Shown piece after piece: positions 25,213-37,294 of a stretch of 64,000 nt of DNA (positions are counted from its first letter, which is position 1; the number at the start of each line of letters is the position of its first letter). The DNA is from Squalus acanthias (lineage: Eukaryota), in assembly GCA_030390025.1 (NCBI GenBank), contig JASTWF010000048.1, positions 434,001-498,000 on the forward strand, read 5' to 3'. The position numbers and the translations under genes are program-made. The notes beneath the pieces are model-generated. The model did not search any database. It saw nothing but the letters and a program-made list of their open reading frames with translations, and was not told the origin of the DNA.

Positions 25213-25882
25213 CTGTCAATCAGAGAGGGATGGGTGGGACTGTCAACCAAGGAGACAGAGTCATGGCTTAGAATCAGAGAGCGCGTTGCAGGGCTTTCAG
25301 TGAGAGAGGAGAGAGGTTCAGTTTACAATCAGTGAAGGCGGGGCGGAGATGTCCATCAGAGAATGGAGGGGTAGTGCTGTCAATCAGAGAGAGCGCGGCA
25401 CGATTGTCAATCAGAGAGTGCGGTGCATAACTGTCAATCCGAGAGGGGAGGGGCGTTCCTGTCAATCAGAGAGGGCGCGGCAGGGCTCGGAATCAGAGAG
25501 TGAATGGTGGAGCTGTCAATCAGACAGGGTGGCGAGCTGTCAATCAGAGACGGAGTGGCAGGGCTGTCAATCAGAGAATGAGGGGCGGAGTAGTCAATCA
25601 GAGCGAGGAGGGGCGGATCTGTCAATCAGATATGGCGCGGCACTCCCCGGATTCAGAGAGTGAGAGATGGCGCTGTCAATCAGAGGGTGTGACGAGTTGT
25701 CAGAGAGGGGGGGGGGGCGGCGCTGTCAATCAGAGAGTGTGCGGCAGGGCTGCCAATCATAGAGGGGTGGGGCGGTGCTGTCACTCAGAGAGGGCGTGGC
25801 TGAACTGTCAATCAGAGAGGGCGTGGCTGGGCTTTCAATCTGAGAGTGAGGGGCGGGGCTGTCAATCAGAGAGCGAGGGGCA
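25213..25882 (+). repeat. Long promoter minisatellite (more than 20 units) upstream of V10
   Basis: Tandem CTGTCAATCAGAGAG..GGGCG units. Confidence 0.85.
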
Positions 25883-26035
25883 TTGCATTGTATATTCAGT
25901 GTTTTCTTATGAATGATAGAGATCGTGCCGCTTGCACGCGGCAGTCTGGGTTTGCAAACAACAGTCTCATAGCTCCGCTTTCTGGGCAGCTTATTGGCCG
26001 TGAGAGTCCCGCTCTCAGACCCTCTGTCACGGACC

Positions 26036-27394
26036 ATGCGGAGTTGTCTCCTTTCCTGCACTTTGCGGCTGTTCCTATTGGCGGGTAAGTAAAGCGAGAG
26101 GCCGAAGTCCTATAGGAGGCCCTTGGGACTGGCGCAGGATATTATTAAAATCCTTCAAAATAATTGTTCAATAATTAGAGAAAGAAAGAAAAAAGGAGAG
26201 AGTAAGAAAGAAGGAAAGAAAGAAGAAAGAAGAAACGAAAGAAAGATAGAAAGAAAGTCAGGGAGATAACAGGGTTTTTAGAACAAATAGACTGTATCGC
26301 ACCAGTGACAAAAAAAGAAGACAAATTGTGTTAAATACTGTCGGGATGCATATACACAGAACAGAGTTATTCCTATATTCTTTAAACCAGTGAGTGATTT
26401 TTCCCACATCAATCCCTGATAATTGCTCCTTTTACAAGGAGAGCTCCGCTAAAACAACGGGCTCCCAAGTAACTACAAGCGTTTGCAGGTTTAGAATATC
26501 ATTTTGGTTTCGTCAAATCGACTAAAAGCAGGATGGCGCGCGGTAGAGCAGATGAAAGTGCATGTTAAGGAACATAGGAACAGGAGGAGGCCATTCAGGC
26601 CCTCGAGTCAGTCAATTAGATCAGGGCTGGACATTATTTCAATCAATTTACCCGCCTTGTTTCAGTAACCCTTAATACCCTCACCCAACTAAATCTACCA
26701 ATCTCAGTTTTGAAATTTCCAGTTGACCCCCAGACGCAACAGCCTTTTGGGGAGAGAGTTGCAGAGTTCCACGACCCTTTGTGTGAAGAAGTGCTTCGCG
26801 ACATCATCCCTAAACTGCCTAGATTTAATTTTAAGCATATTCTGGCGAACCCCCACTACAAGAGGAAATTGTTTCTCTCTATCCGCACTATGCACTCCTT
26901 TAATCAGTTCATTTCGACTTGAGTGAAAAATACAGGAAATACATCGACTTCAATCAAAAGTAAGCCAGCGAGAGACAGAGCAATAGCAGTCACGGGCCAG
27001 GTAATAATTAAGCAGGTTAGTTTGTCTGGGGAAATAATGTCTCTCTTTGCTATTCATTCCTGTTTTGCTTCGAGGTGTTGTCGAGTCTCAGAAGATGGTG
27101 CAGTCCCGGGAGTTTGTGTCGATGAGAGAGGGCGAGTCTGTGACTATCCCTTGTACTCAACGCGGGACTGATTCTTACATGTACTGGTACCGTCAGCTCC
27201 CGGGTCTGAGACTCCAGCACATCCTGCAGGCGTTCAAGGGAGATGAACCGAGCAGGTCGGACGGGATCACGGAGCGATTATGGACCAAGAAAACTGCGGA
27301 CAGCTCCTTCGATCTGAAGATATCGATGGTGCGGCCTAACGACACGGAACGGTACTTCAGAGATACACTCGGATTGAACCGTGCAACAAAAACC
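26036..27394 (+). pseudogene. TRBV: TRBV V10 (family B) pseudogene; leader 26036-26084, V exon 27075-27358
   Basis: Paralog of V9. A deletion of about 19 bp after YF removes Cys104 and the CAC of the heptamer; spacer and nonamer (27386-27394) remain. Confidence 0.9.
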
Positions 27395-28027
27395 CGCCAC
27401 GTCTCAGACACCAACCCCCANNNNNNNNNNNNNNNNNNNNNNNNNNNNNNNNNNNNNNNNNNNNNNNNNNNNNNNNNNNNNNNNNNNNNNNNNNNNNNNN
27501 NNNNNNNNNNNNNNNNNNNNNNNNNNNNNNNNNNNNNNNNNNNNNNNNNNNNNNNNNNNNNNNNNNNNNNNNNNNNNNNNNNNNNNNNNNNNNNNNNNNN
27601 NNNNNNNNNNNNNNNNNNNNNNNNNNNNNNNNNNNNNNNNNNNNNNNNNNNNNNNNNNNNNNNNNNNNNNNNNNNNNNNNNNNNNNNNNNNNNNNNNATA
27701 GATAGTTAGTTGCATTAATCGTTGGAGAGCTCTCTCTCCGTCTCTAGCTCTGTGCTCTATATCTCTCAGTCTCTCTCTTTCCCTGTCTTACTCTCTCAAT
27801 ATGCCTCGCTCTCACCATCGCCTCCTATCTCTCTGCATCTCTCCCTATCTCTCACCCTCTCAACCTCTCACTCTCTCTCTCTCCGACTCCCTCTCTCTAT
27901 CCTCGCTCCCTCTCTCCATCCCTCTTCTTCTCTATCCCTCGCTCTCTATCCCTTCCCTCACTCTCCCGCTATCTGGTAAGCAGGTGTAAAATGAGAAAAT
28001 GTCCATTAACCTCCGTGTCTTTTACAG

Positions 28028-28325
28028 GAGCCTTGACCGAAGCAGTTATCCAAAGGCCCAGATTTCTCACCGGTTTCCAATCGGGCTCGGTAATTGTGAC
28101 ATGTTTTGTACCCAAAGACCATCCCAGAACCTACTGGTATCGACAAGCTCCAAACCTGGTCTTGGAGCTCCTGATCTACGCGTATCGGACGAACACCCCC
28201 GAGATATCCGAGGGGTTCAAAGGGCGAGTGTCTGCAGTCAGGGGAACAGACGATTCCTACCACCTCAACCTGACCGAACTGCAGCCCAGTGACACGGCTG
28301 TGTATTACTGCGCTAGCGATAGTAC
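28028..28325 (+). pseudogene. TRBV: TRBV V11 (family D), open V exon with no visible leader; contig orientation uncertain
   Basis: Acceptor ttttacag; ALTEAVIQRPRF...VTC...WYRQ...GRVSA...DTAVYYCASDS. Only 52 bp of unique sequence lies upstream before an inverted family-B flank. Confidence 0.75.
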
Positions 28326-28364
28326 CACAGCGGTAAGAACAGAGCGCGGCTCGCTGCAAAAACC
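28326..28364 (+). other. 23-RSS of V11
   Basis: CACAGCG-23-GCAAAAACC. Confidence 0.93.
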
Positions 28365-29368
28365 TCACCCGTCACCTGGGGATCGGAGCTGAGGAATAAA
28401 CGGCGCGCAAATCGCCAGACTTCTGCCATCAGACATCACATTCAGTAAAAGAAGCGGATAAAGTTTCTCAGATGACGTTTGCTCTGTGAGACAGAACTGG
28501 AATATGCAGCGGGTCATCGGCAGGAAATAAACAGAGTAAACACACAACTAAAGATTTCAAATCGGGAAATTGGGNNNNNNNNNNNNNNNNNNNNNNNNNN
28601 NNNNNNNNNNNNNNNNNNNNNNNNNNNNNNNNNNNNNNNNNNNNNNNNNNNNNNNNNNNNNNNNNNNNNNNNNNNNNNNNNNNNNNNNNNNNNNNNNNNN
28701 NNNNNNNNNNNNNNNNNNNNNNNNNNNNNNNNNNNNNNNNNNNNNNNNNNNNNNNNNNNNNNNNNNNNNNNNNNNNNNNNNNNNNNNNNNNNNNNNNNNN
28801 NTATCTTTGCATTATTACAATTTGTTATTAATTAATTATAAAATGCTATATAATTAATTAGTGGTGGAAGAGTGGATGGTGGAGTACGTGCAGCAGATAC
28901 CCGTACCTTCCTATATGTCAGTGAATTATTCCTGTTATTTCCCCTGTTGCAATAGCGACGGGAGATCCGCTCCTTATAAAAGCATCATGGAATGTTACTT
29001 CACAGAAGGAGGCAGTCGACCCATCCCGCCTGTGCCGGCTCTGTGTAAAAGCTATCAAATTAGTCCCATTCCCCTGTCCTATCACCTATAGATGTGCAAA
29101 ATTTCCCCCAGGAAATATTCATCCAATTCCCTTTTGAAAGTTACTATTGAATCTGCTTCCACCACCCTTTCAGGATGAGCATTTGAGATCATAACAAACC
29201 GCAGAGTAAAAAAAAACCTCTCCTGCATGTCGCCTCTGGCTGTTGTACCAATTACCTTGTACCTGTGTACTCTGGTTATCAGCCTTCTGATTCAGTGTCG
29301 GCAGCAGAGGCATTATGCTACTGAACCAGTAATCCAGAGGTCGGGACCAATGATCCAGAGACATGAGT

Positions 29369-30379
29369 GCATTTTCCGGTTGGCAAACAGTAACTAGTGG
29401 AGTGCCACAGGGATCGGTGCTGGGGCCTCAACTATTTACAATCTATATTAATGACTTGGATGAAGGGACCGCGTGTAATGTAGCCAAGTTTGCGGATGAT
29501 ACAAAGATGGGTGAGATAGCAAGTTGTGCAGAGGGCTCAAAGAACCTGCAAAGGGATATAGACAGGCTAAGTGAGTGGGCAAACATTTGGTAGATGGAGT
29601 ATAATGTGGGAAAGTGCGAGGATATACACATTGGCCGGAAAAAAAAATATATTATTTAAATGGAGAGAGATTACACAATGCTACAGTTCAGAGGGACCTG
29701 GGGGTCCTTGTGCATGAAACACAAAAAGGTTAGCATGCAGGTACAGCAAGTAATCTAATGGAATGTTGGCCTTTATTTCAAAGGTGTTGGAGTATAAAAG
29801 CAGGGAAGTCCTGCTACAACTGTATAGGGTATTGGTGAGACCAACTGCGTACAGTTTTGGTCTCCTTATTTAAGCAATGATATATTTGAATTGGAGGAAG
29901 TTCAGAGACGATTCACTAGGTTAATTCCAGAGATGAGGGGGTTGACTTATGAGGAAAGGTTGAGCAGGCTGGAATTTAGTTGAATGAGAGGTGATTATAT
30001 TAATACATATAAGATACTGAGGGGGCACGACAGGGTCGATGCAGAGAGGATGTTTCCCCACGTGGGGAAATCTTGTCGCGGGGGCACAGTTTTAGAATAA
30101 AGTGTCGCCCTTTTAGAACTGAGATGAGGAGGAATTTCTTCTCTCAGAGGGCCGTAAATCTGTGGAATTCTCTGCCCCAGAAAGCTGCGGAGGCTGGGTC
30201 ATTCAATACCTTTAATGTGGAGATAGCCACATGTTTGCAAGATAAGGGAGTGAAGGGTTATGGGGCGCCGGCTGGGAAGTAGCTTTGAGCCAAAGATCAG
30301 TCATGATCTTATTGAATAGCGGAGCAGGCTCGAGGGGCAAAGTGGCCTATTCCTGCTCCTATTTCTTATGTTCTTATGA
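29369..30379 (+). mobile_element. CR1 LINE 3' fragment inserted into a SINE
   Basis: [11 protein letters not shown] and KFADDTK RT motifs; (TTCTTATG)n tail. Confidence 0.9.
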
Positions 30380-31213
30380 TCAAATCCTACCACGGCAGCT
30401 GGGGAATTTAAATTCAATTAATTGAATAAATGTCGAATAGGAAAGCTAGTATCAGTAATAATGACCATGAAACTGCAGGAGTGTCATAAAAACACATCTG
30501 CTTCGCTGAACTGCTCTCTTGTGATTCAAGTAAGTGGCTCACCACCACCTTTTACAAGGGCAATTAGGCATTGGTAATAAATGCCAGCGACGCCCACATC
30601 CCATGAATAAAAAGAACATCTCTATTACATCTCCCATTAACATTCTCTGCTTTAATTAGAACAATCCCAGCTTCCCTAGTCTCTCATAACTGACGTCCCT
30701 CATCCCTGGTTCCATTCTGGTAAACCTCCTCTTAACCTTCACTTAGGCTAACAGCCCCATACACATAGGATATAATTCATCTTAGAACCCTTAAAGATGT
30801 CACGAATGATTCACACTGTGCAAAGGCGAGATACCACCCTAGATACGTTTGTCTCCGGGACACCTGCTTCCTGACGGCTGTGTCAGAATCTGTTGAAAAC
30901 CGTTGACCCACTTCTCTGTCAGACTCTAGGCGCCTTTTGACGTGTTTTTTCAAAGAAACTAGTCGTTCAGCCCAGCGAAGATTTTAACCCTTTAATTCTC
31001 GATGAGCACATGGGAACTGAAAGCTGCACTGCCTGAAACAAGAGGGAACTTTGACCCAACAATGATTCCCGTTTGATAGAATCATAGAATCCTACAACAC
31101 AGAAGCAGGCCACACGGTCAGTCCAGTCCGTGCCGGCTCTTTGAAATAGCGATCCAATTACTCCCGCATGAGTCTCTTCCCAGCCTCCTTCATCTCACCC
31201 CGTCAACATGTCA

Positions 31214-33512
31214 AAAGAACATAAGAACACAAGAACATAAGAAATAGAAGCCCATTCGGCCCTTCGAGCCAGCTCCGCCATTCAATGAGATCATGGCTGA
31301 TCTTCTGCCTCAATTCCATTCACCGCCCCAATCGCCATATCCCTTGATGCCCTTACTAGTCAGAAATCTATCGACTTCTGTTTTGAATATACCCAATGAC
31401 TGAGCCTCCACAGCCCCCTGGGATAGATAATTCCAAAGATTCACCACCCGTCTGTGTGAAGAAATTTCTTCTCATCTCAGTCCTGAATGGCCTACCCTTT
31501 ATCTTGAGGCTGTGGCCCCTGGTTCTAGACTCCCCAGCCAAGGGAAAATTCTCTCAGCTTCCATTCTATCAAGCCCTGTAATAATTTTGAATGCTTCAAT
31601 GAGATCCCCTCTCATTCTTCTGAATTCCAGAGAATACAGGCCTAGTTTACTCAATTTCTTCTCATATGACAGTCACGCCATCCCTGGAATCAATCTCGTG
31701 AACCTTCGTTGCACTCACTCGATGGCAAGTATATCCTTCCTTCGGTCAGGAGACCAAAATTGTACACAGTACTCCAGGTGTGGTCTCACCAAGGCCCTAT
31801 ATAATTGGAGTAAGACTTCTTTACTCCTGTACTCAAATCCTCTTGTAATGAAGGCCAGCAAAGCAGTCGCCTTCCTAATGGCTTGCTGCACCTGCACATT
31901 CACTTTCAGTGACTCATGTACAATGACACCCAGATCCCTTTGAGCATCTGCATTCCCCAATCTTTCACCATTAGGAAATACTGTGCCTTTCTGTTTTTTC
32001 TGCAAAAGTGGATAACTTCACAATTATCCACATTATATTCCATCTGCCATGTTCTCGCCCACTCACTGAGCCTGTCGAGAACCCCTTGAAACCTCTTCAC
32101 ATCCTCTTCGCAACTGACACTGCCACCTAGCTTTGTATCATCAGCAAATTTGGAAACGTTACCCTTAGTCCCCTCATCCAAACTATTGATATAGATTGTG
32201 AATAGCTGGGGCCCAAGCACCGATCCTTGCGTTACCCCATTAGTCACAGCCTGCCATCCTGAAAAAGACCCGTTTATCCCTGTTCTTTGTTTTCTGTCTG
32301 TTAACCAATTCTCAATCCATGCTTGTATATTAACCCCAATTCCATGTGCCCTCATTTTGTTCACGAACCTCTTGTGTGGGACTTATCGAAGGCCTTCTGA
32401 AAATCCAGATACACCACATCTACCGTTCCCCTTTGTCTACTCCACTAGTTACATCCTCAATGAACTCCAATAGGTTCGTCAAACATGAATTCCCTTTCAT
32501 GAATCCATGTTGACTCTGCCCAATCTTACTATTAGTTTCAAAGTGCCCAGTTATTGCATCCTTTATAATAGATTCCAGCATTTTCCCAACTACTGATGTG
32601 AGGCTAACAGGTCTGTAGTTCCCCGTTTTCGCTCTCTCTCCTTTCTTAAATAGTGGAGTTACATTTGCTATGCTCCAATCTGCAGGAACCGTTCCAGAAT
32701 CTATAGAATTTTGGAAGATGACAGCCAATGCGTCCACTATTCCAATGGCCACCTCTTTCAAAACCCTGGGATGTAGGTCATCCGGTTCTTGGGATTTATT
32801 GACTTTTAGACCCCATTAATTTTGCTAGCACTGTTTTTTTACTAATAATAATTTATTAAAATTCCTCATTCTCGTCACAGCCTTGGTTTTCTCGTATATC
32901 TGCGAGGTTTTTTGTGTCTTCCTCCGTCAAGACAGAAACAAAGTATTTATTTAATTTCTCGACCATTTCCTCATTCCCCATTATAAATGCTCCCGTCTCT
33001 GAGTGTAAAGGACCTACATTTACCTTCGCATTCTTTTCCTTTTCACGTACCTATAGAAGCTTTTACAATCCGTTTTTATATATTTTGCTAGTTTGTGCTC
33101 ATATTCCATTTTCCCTTTCTTTATCAATGTTTTGATCCCCCGTTGCTGATTTCTAAAAAGTTCCCAATCTTCAGGCTGACCGCTTTTTCTGGCAACTTTA
33201 TAAGCTTCCTCCTTATACTAGCTTTAATTTCTTTTGTTAGCGATGTTTGGATCACTTTTCCTTTTGGGTTTTTATGCCCCAGAGGAATATATATTTGTTG
33301 CAAATTATGCATTATTTCCTTGAATGCAAGCCATTGTATGTCCAGCTTCATACCTTTTAGTGCAGTCTCCCAATCTACCATGGCCAACTTGTCCCTCATA
33401 CCCATGTAGTTTCCTCTGTTTAGATTGAAGACCTTAGTTTCAGATTGGACTAAATCACTCTCAAACTTAATGTAAAATTCAATCATATTATGGTCACTTG
33501 TCCCTAAAGGCC
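31214..33512 (-). mobile_element. CR1 LINE, 5'-truncated and frameshifted
   Basis: GNYRPVSLTS, QHGF, QGSVLGP, FADDTK and VRPHLEYC motifs; (AGAACATA)n tail on the + strand. Confidence 0.92.
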
Positions 33513-34225
33513 TCTTCTATATCCTTCTATTACTTTTCACTGATGTGTTTATCCAGCTTCCCATTAAATGCATCTATATTACTTCCCTCAACCACTCCAT
33601 GTGTTAGTGAATTCCACATTCTCACCACTCTCTGGGTAAAGAGATTTCTCCTGAATTCTCTATTGGGCTTATTAGTGTCTATCTTATACTTATGGCCCCT
33701 AGTTTAGGTCTTTCGTATTCAATTATTCCCACACCAATACTCATTTCCCACAGCCCTGTTTTTTCTCCTCTTCAAGTTTTTGTCCAATTCCCTTGTGAGA
33801 GTTACCAATTCATCTGTTTCCAGCAGCCTTTCAGGAAGTGCATTCCCGATCATATCATCTTGCTGCATAAAAAACTGTCTCCTCATCTACCAGCTGGATG
33901 TTTTCCCAAATACCTTAAATCTGTGCCCTCTGCTCATCGACCCTGCCCACAGAGGGATCAATTTCTCCGAGGCTACTCTAACAAAACCACCCTGAAATTT
34001 GAACACCTCTATTAACTCTCCCCTTATCGCCTGTGTTGTATCATTCTATGAAATTGCTAAACTACCTCCGTTTCAATCTTCTCATCATACGCTGATATAT
34101 CCTTCTTTGGTCCTAAGTGGATGGCGTCATACATGCCCACAATGAATCGTTCTGTTACTGTTTGCTCACTCACTTAATCTGTGTACGTCCCCTTTGGAAC
34201 TTCCGGTACCCAACTGCTCTACTCA

Positions 34226-34640
34226 CTGCCAATCAGAGAGAGAGAGGGTTCGACTGTCAACAAGGGACAGAGAGTCAGGGCTTCGAAAAAGAGACCGGGT
34301 TGGAGGGCTGTCAGTCAGAGAGGGGCATGGCGCTGCTTTCAATCAGAGAAGTCGGGGCGAAGCCGTAAATCCGAGAGGGGAGAGTAGGACTTCTAAATCA
34401 GCGAGGGGAGGTGCGGAGCTTTCAATCAGAGAGGGGTGGGTGGAGCTGTCAATCAGAGGGAGCGGGGTGGTGCTGTCAATCAGAGAGTGCGGCGCGGAGA
34501 CGTCAATCAGAGAGGGCGGGATGGAGCTGTCAATCAAAGAGGGAGGGGCGTACCTGTCAATCAGAGAGGGCGCGACAGGGATGTCAATCAGAGACTGAGG
34601 GGTGACGCTGTCAATCAGAGGGGTGACGAGTTGTCAGAGA
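34226..34640 (+). repeat. Orphan copy of the promoter minisatellite (its gene is missing)
   Basis: Collinear paralog of about 25213-25705; ends abruptly in a SINE. Confidence 0.8.
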
Positions 34641-36155
34641 TTACTAGTTATTGAAGTAGTAATCCAGAGGTCTGGACGAATGTTGCAGAGACATGAATTC
34701 CAATCCCCCCACGGCAGCTGGGGACTTTAATTCCAGTTAATTAAATAAATCTAGAATTAAAAAGCTAGTGTCAGTAATAACGAAACTACCGGATTGTCGT
34801 AAAAACCCATCTGGTTCACTTAACTACCCTCTTGCGGTTCAAGAAGGCGGCTCACCACCAGCTACTCATTCGCAATTAGGGATGGGCAATAAATGCCGGA
34901 CTTGGCACCGACGCCCACATCGAATGAATAAAAAAAAAATCTATCACATCCCCCATTAAAATTCTCTGCTTGAAGGAGAACAATCCCAGCATCCCTATTC
35001 TCTCATAACTGACGTCCCACATCCCTGGGACCATTCCGGAAAAACTCTTCTTAACCTTCAAAAAGGCGAACAGTTCCATACACATCGCAAATAATTAATC
35101 TTAGAATCCTTAAACGCTTCACGAATGTTTCATACTGTGCAAAGGCGAGATGGCTCCCCAGATATGTTTTTCATCGAGACACCTACCTCCTGACGGCGGG
35201 TGCAAAATCTGGTGAATACCGTTTACCCGCTTCTCCATCAGACTCTAGGCGCATTTGAAGAGTTTTTTCAAAGAAACTAGAAGTTCAGCCCAGCGAATAA
35301 ACAAGAGAGAACTTTGACTCAACAATGATCCGTGTTTTATAGAATCATAGAATCCTACAGCACAGAAGGAGGCCACTCGGTCAGTCCAGTCCGTGCCGGC
35401 TCTTTGAAAGAGCGATCCAATTAGTTCCCCACGAGTCTCCTCCCTCCCTCCTTCATCTCACCCCGTCAACATATTATTCGATTCCTTTTCCCACATGTGC
35501 TAATCGACCTTCCCCTGAAATGCAGCTGTGTTATTTCCCTCAACCACTCCCTGTGGTAGTGAGTTCCACGTTCTCAGCACTCTGGGTAAAGAAATTTTTC
35601 CTGATTCCCTTTTGGATTTATTAATGTCTATCTTATGCTTATGGCCCCTAGTTTTGGCCTCTCCTATCCAATTATTCCCACATCCCTGCTCATTCCCTAC
35701 AGACCTGTTTTTATCCTCTTCAAGTTTATGTCCAATTCCCTTGCGAAAGTTACCAATGAATCTGTCTCCAGCACCCTTTCAGGAAGTGCATTCCCGATCA
35801 TATCATTTTGCCGCGTAAAAATCTTTCTCCTCAACTGCCAGTTGAATTTTCCCCAATTACCTTAAATCTGTGCCCTCTGGTCACCGAGTCTTTCTCCAGT
35901 CTACTCTGTCAAAACCTCTCTGAAATTTGAACACCTCTATTATATCAATACTTATCATCTTTGCTGAATCATTCTATGAAGACGCTAAACGACCGAAGTA
36001 ATGGGATGGAGGGTGGGTTTCGCAGGAAGTGACGTATTTATAACAATAATAACCGGATGCTCCTTACTTAAACAGATACAACAGAGAACCGGCTTTTAGA
36101 CGTGGTAAAGAGCTGCACTCGATCACACAGCGAGCCAGCGTCGAATGAATAAATC

Positions 36156-37235
36156 ATGTTTCATGAAACTCATTATCTAATCTTGATGGCTGCATTGATC
36201 CCACGTAAGTCAAAGTCACAAACTTTATCGAATAATGTACTATAACGTCAGCTGTAGTTCATTTGATTGCTGTCCCTCCACCGAGTCAGAAGGTCGCGGG
36301 TTCACGTCTCATTACAGAAACATTTGGCACAAATTCAAGGCTAACGCTCCCAGTGCCAGTAATAAGGGAGTGCTGCACCGTCGGACTGAACAGTACTGAG
36401 GGAGCGCTGCACTGTCGGAGGGGGCAGTACTGAGGGAGCACTGCACTATCGGAGGGGGCAGTACTGAGGGAGCGCTGCACAGTCGGAGGGGGCAGTATGA
36501 GGGACCTTTGCAATGTCGGAGGCGACAGTACTGAGGGAGCACTGCACTGTCGGATGGGCAGTACTGAGGGAGCACTGCACTGTCGGATGGGCAGTACTGA
36601 CGGGTGCGCTGCACTGTCGGGGGCGGCATCTTCGGACATTAATTAAAGTTGCCCTCTCAGGTGCACATAGATTATCCAATATTATCCCGCATCGAGCACC
36701 TATAAACACAAAATTTTCATCTGGCTCTGTTTGGGATCTTGCTGTGCGAAAATTGGCGACAGCGAGTACTACATTACAACAGTGAACACACTTCTAAAAA
36801 GTCTTCCTTGTTTAAAAGCGCTTTGGGACGTCCTGGGGTCGCGAAACGGACTGTGGAAATGCAAGTTATTTTTTACATGTAATCCCTGCCCTATTCAATT
36901 ATTGATGGGAATAAGAATCTAATCGATGTTCCTTTCGACAGGAATACTCGCCTCGTACGTGAAGCAGTCGCCTTCTATCCTATCGATTGGAGCAGGAGAG
37001 TCGAACAGGCTCAGATGCACGCTGACGAATACTGGCTGTCCCAATATGTACTGGTACAGACAACAACCCAACCGGGCATTAGAAGCTCTTTTCTCTTCTG
37101 CTGGCGAAGGTGATGCTCGGAAATCCACGTCCGAGTCTTTTAAGGCCGAAAGAAGCAGCACTACGCTGTTTACTTTGGAACTGAGCGCCGCCTCTCCGTC
37201 TCAAACCGCTGTCTATTACTGTGCTTGTAGTATCG
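36156..37235 (+). CDS. TRBV: TRBV V12 (family C); leader 36156-36204, V exon 36942-37235
   Basis: Leader MFHETHYLILMAALIP c|gtaagt; open V frame with an extra Cys in CDR1 (NTGCPN) and a YYCACSI end. Confidence 0.9.
36357..36627 (+). repeat. 33-bp SINE-derived minisatellite (8 units) in the V12 intron
   Basis: Unit CAGTACTGAGGGAGCGCTGCACTGTCGGAGGGG. Confidence 0.9.
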
Positions 37236-37274
37236 CACAGCGTTTGAGAAAGCGGCTCCCCAGCTACAAAAACC
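37236..37274 (+). other. 23-RSS of V12
   Basis: CACAGCG-23-ACAAAAACC. Confidence 0.95.
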
Positions 37275-37294
37275 TGCACCGGATGAATGGGAGA

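Noticed and set aside
28028-28364. V11 as a NAR-TCR supporting V-delta (these are naturally leaderless)
   Set aside because: No CDR1 Cys, no VNAR-D-J cassette upstream, beta-type neighbours; the leader loss coincides with a rearrangement breakpoint
36357-36627. 33-bp and 27-bp arrays as CRISPR-like loci
   Set aside because: Head-to-tail units without unique spacers, in a vertebrate locus with no cas genes
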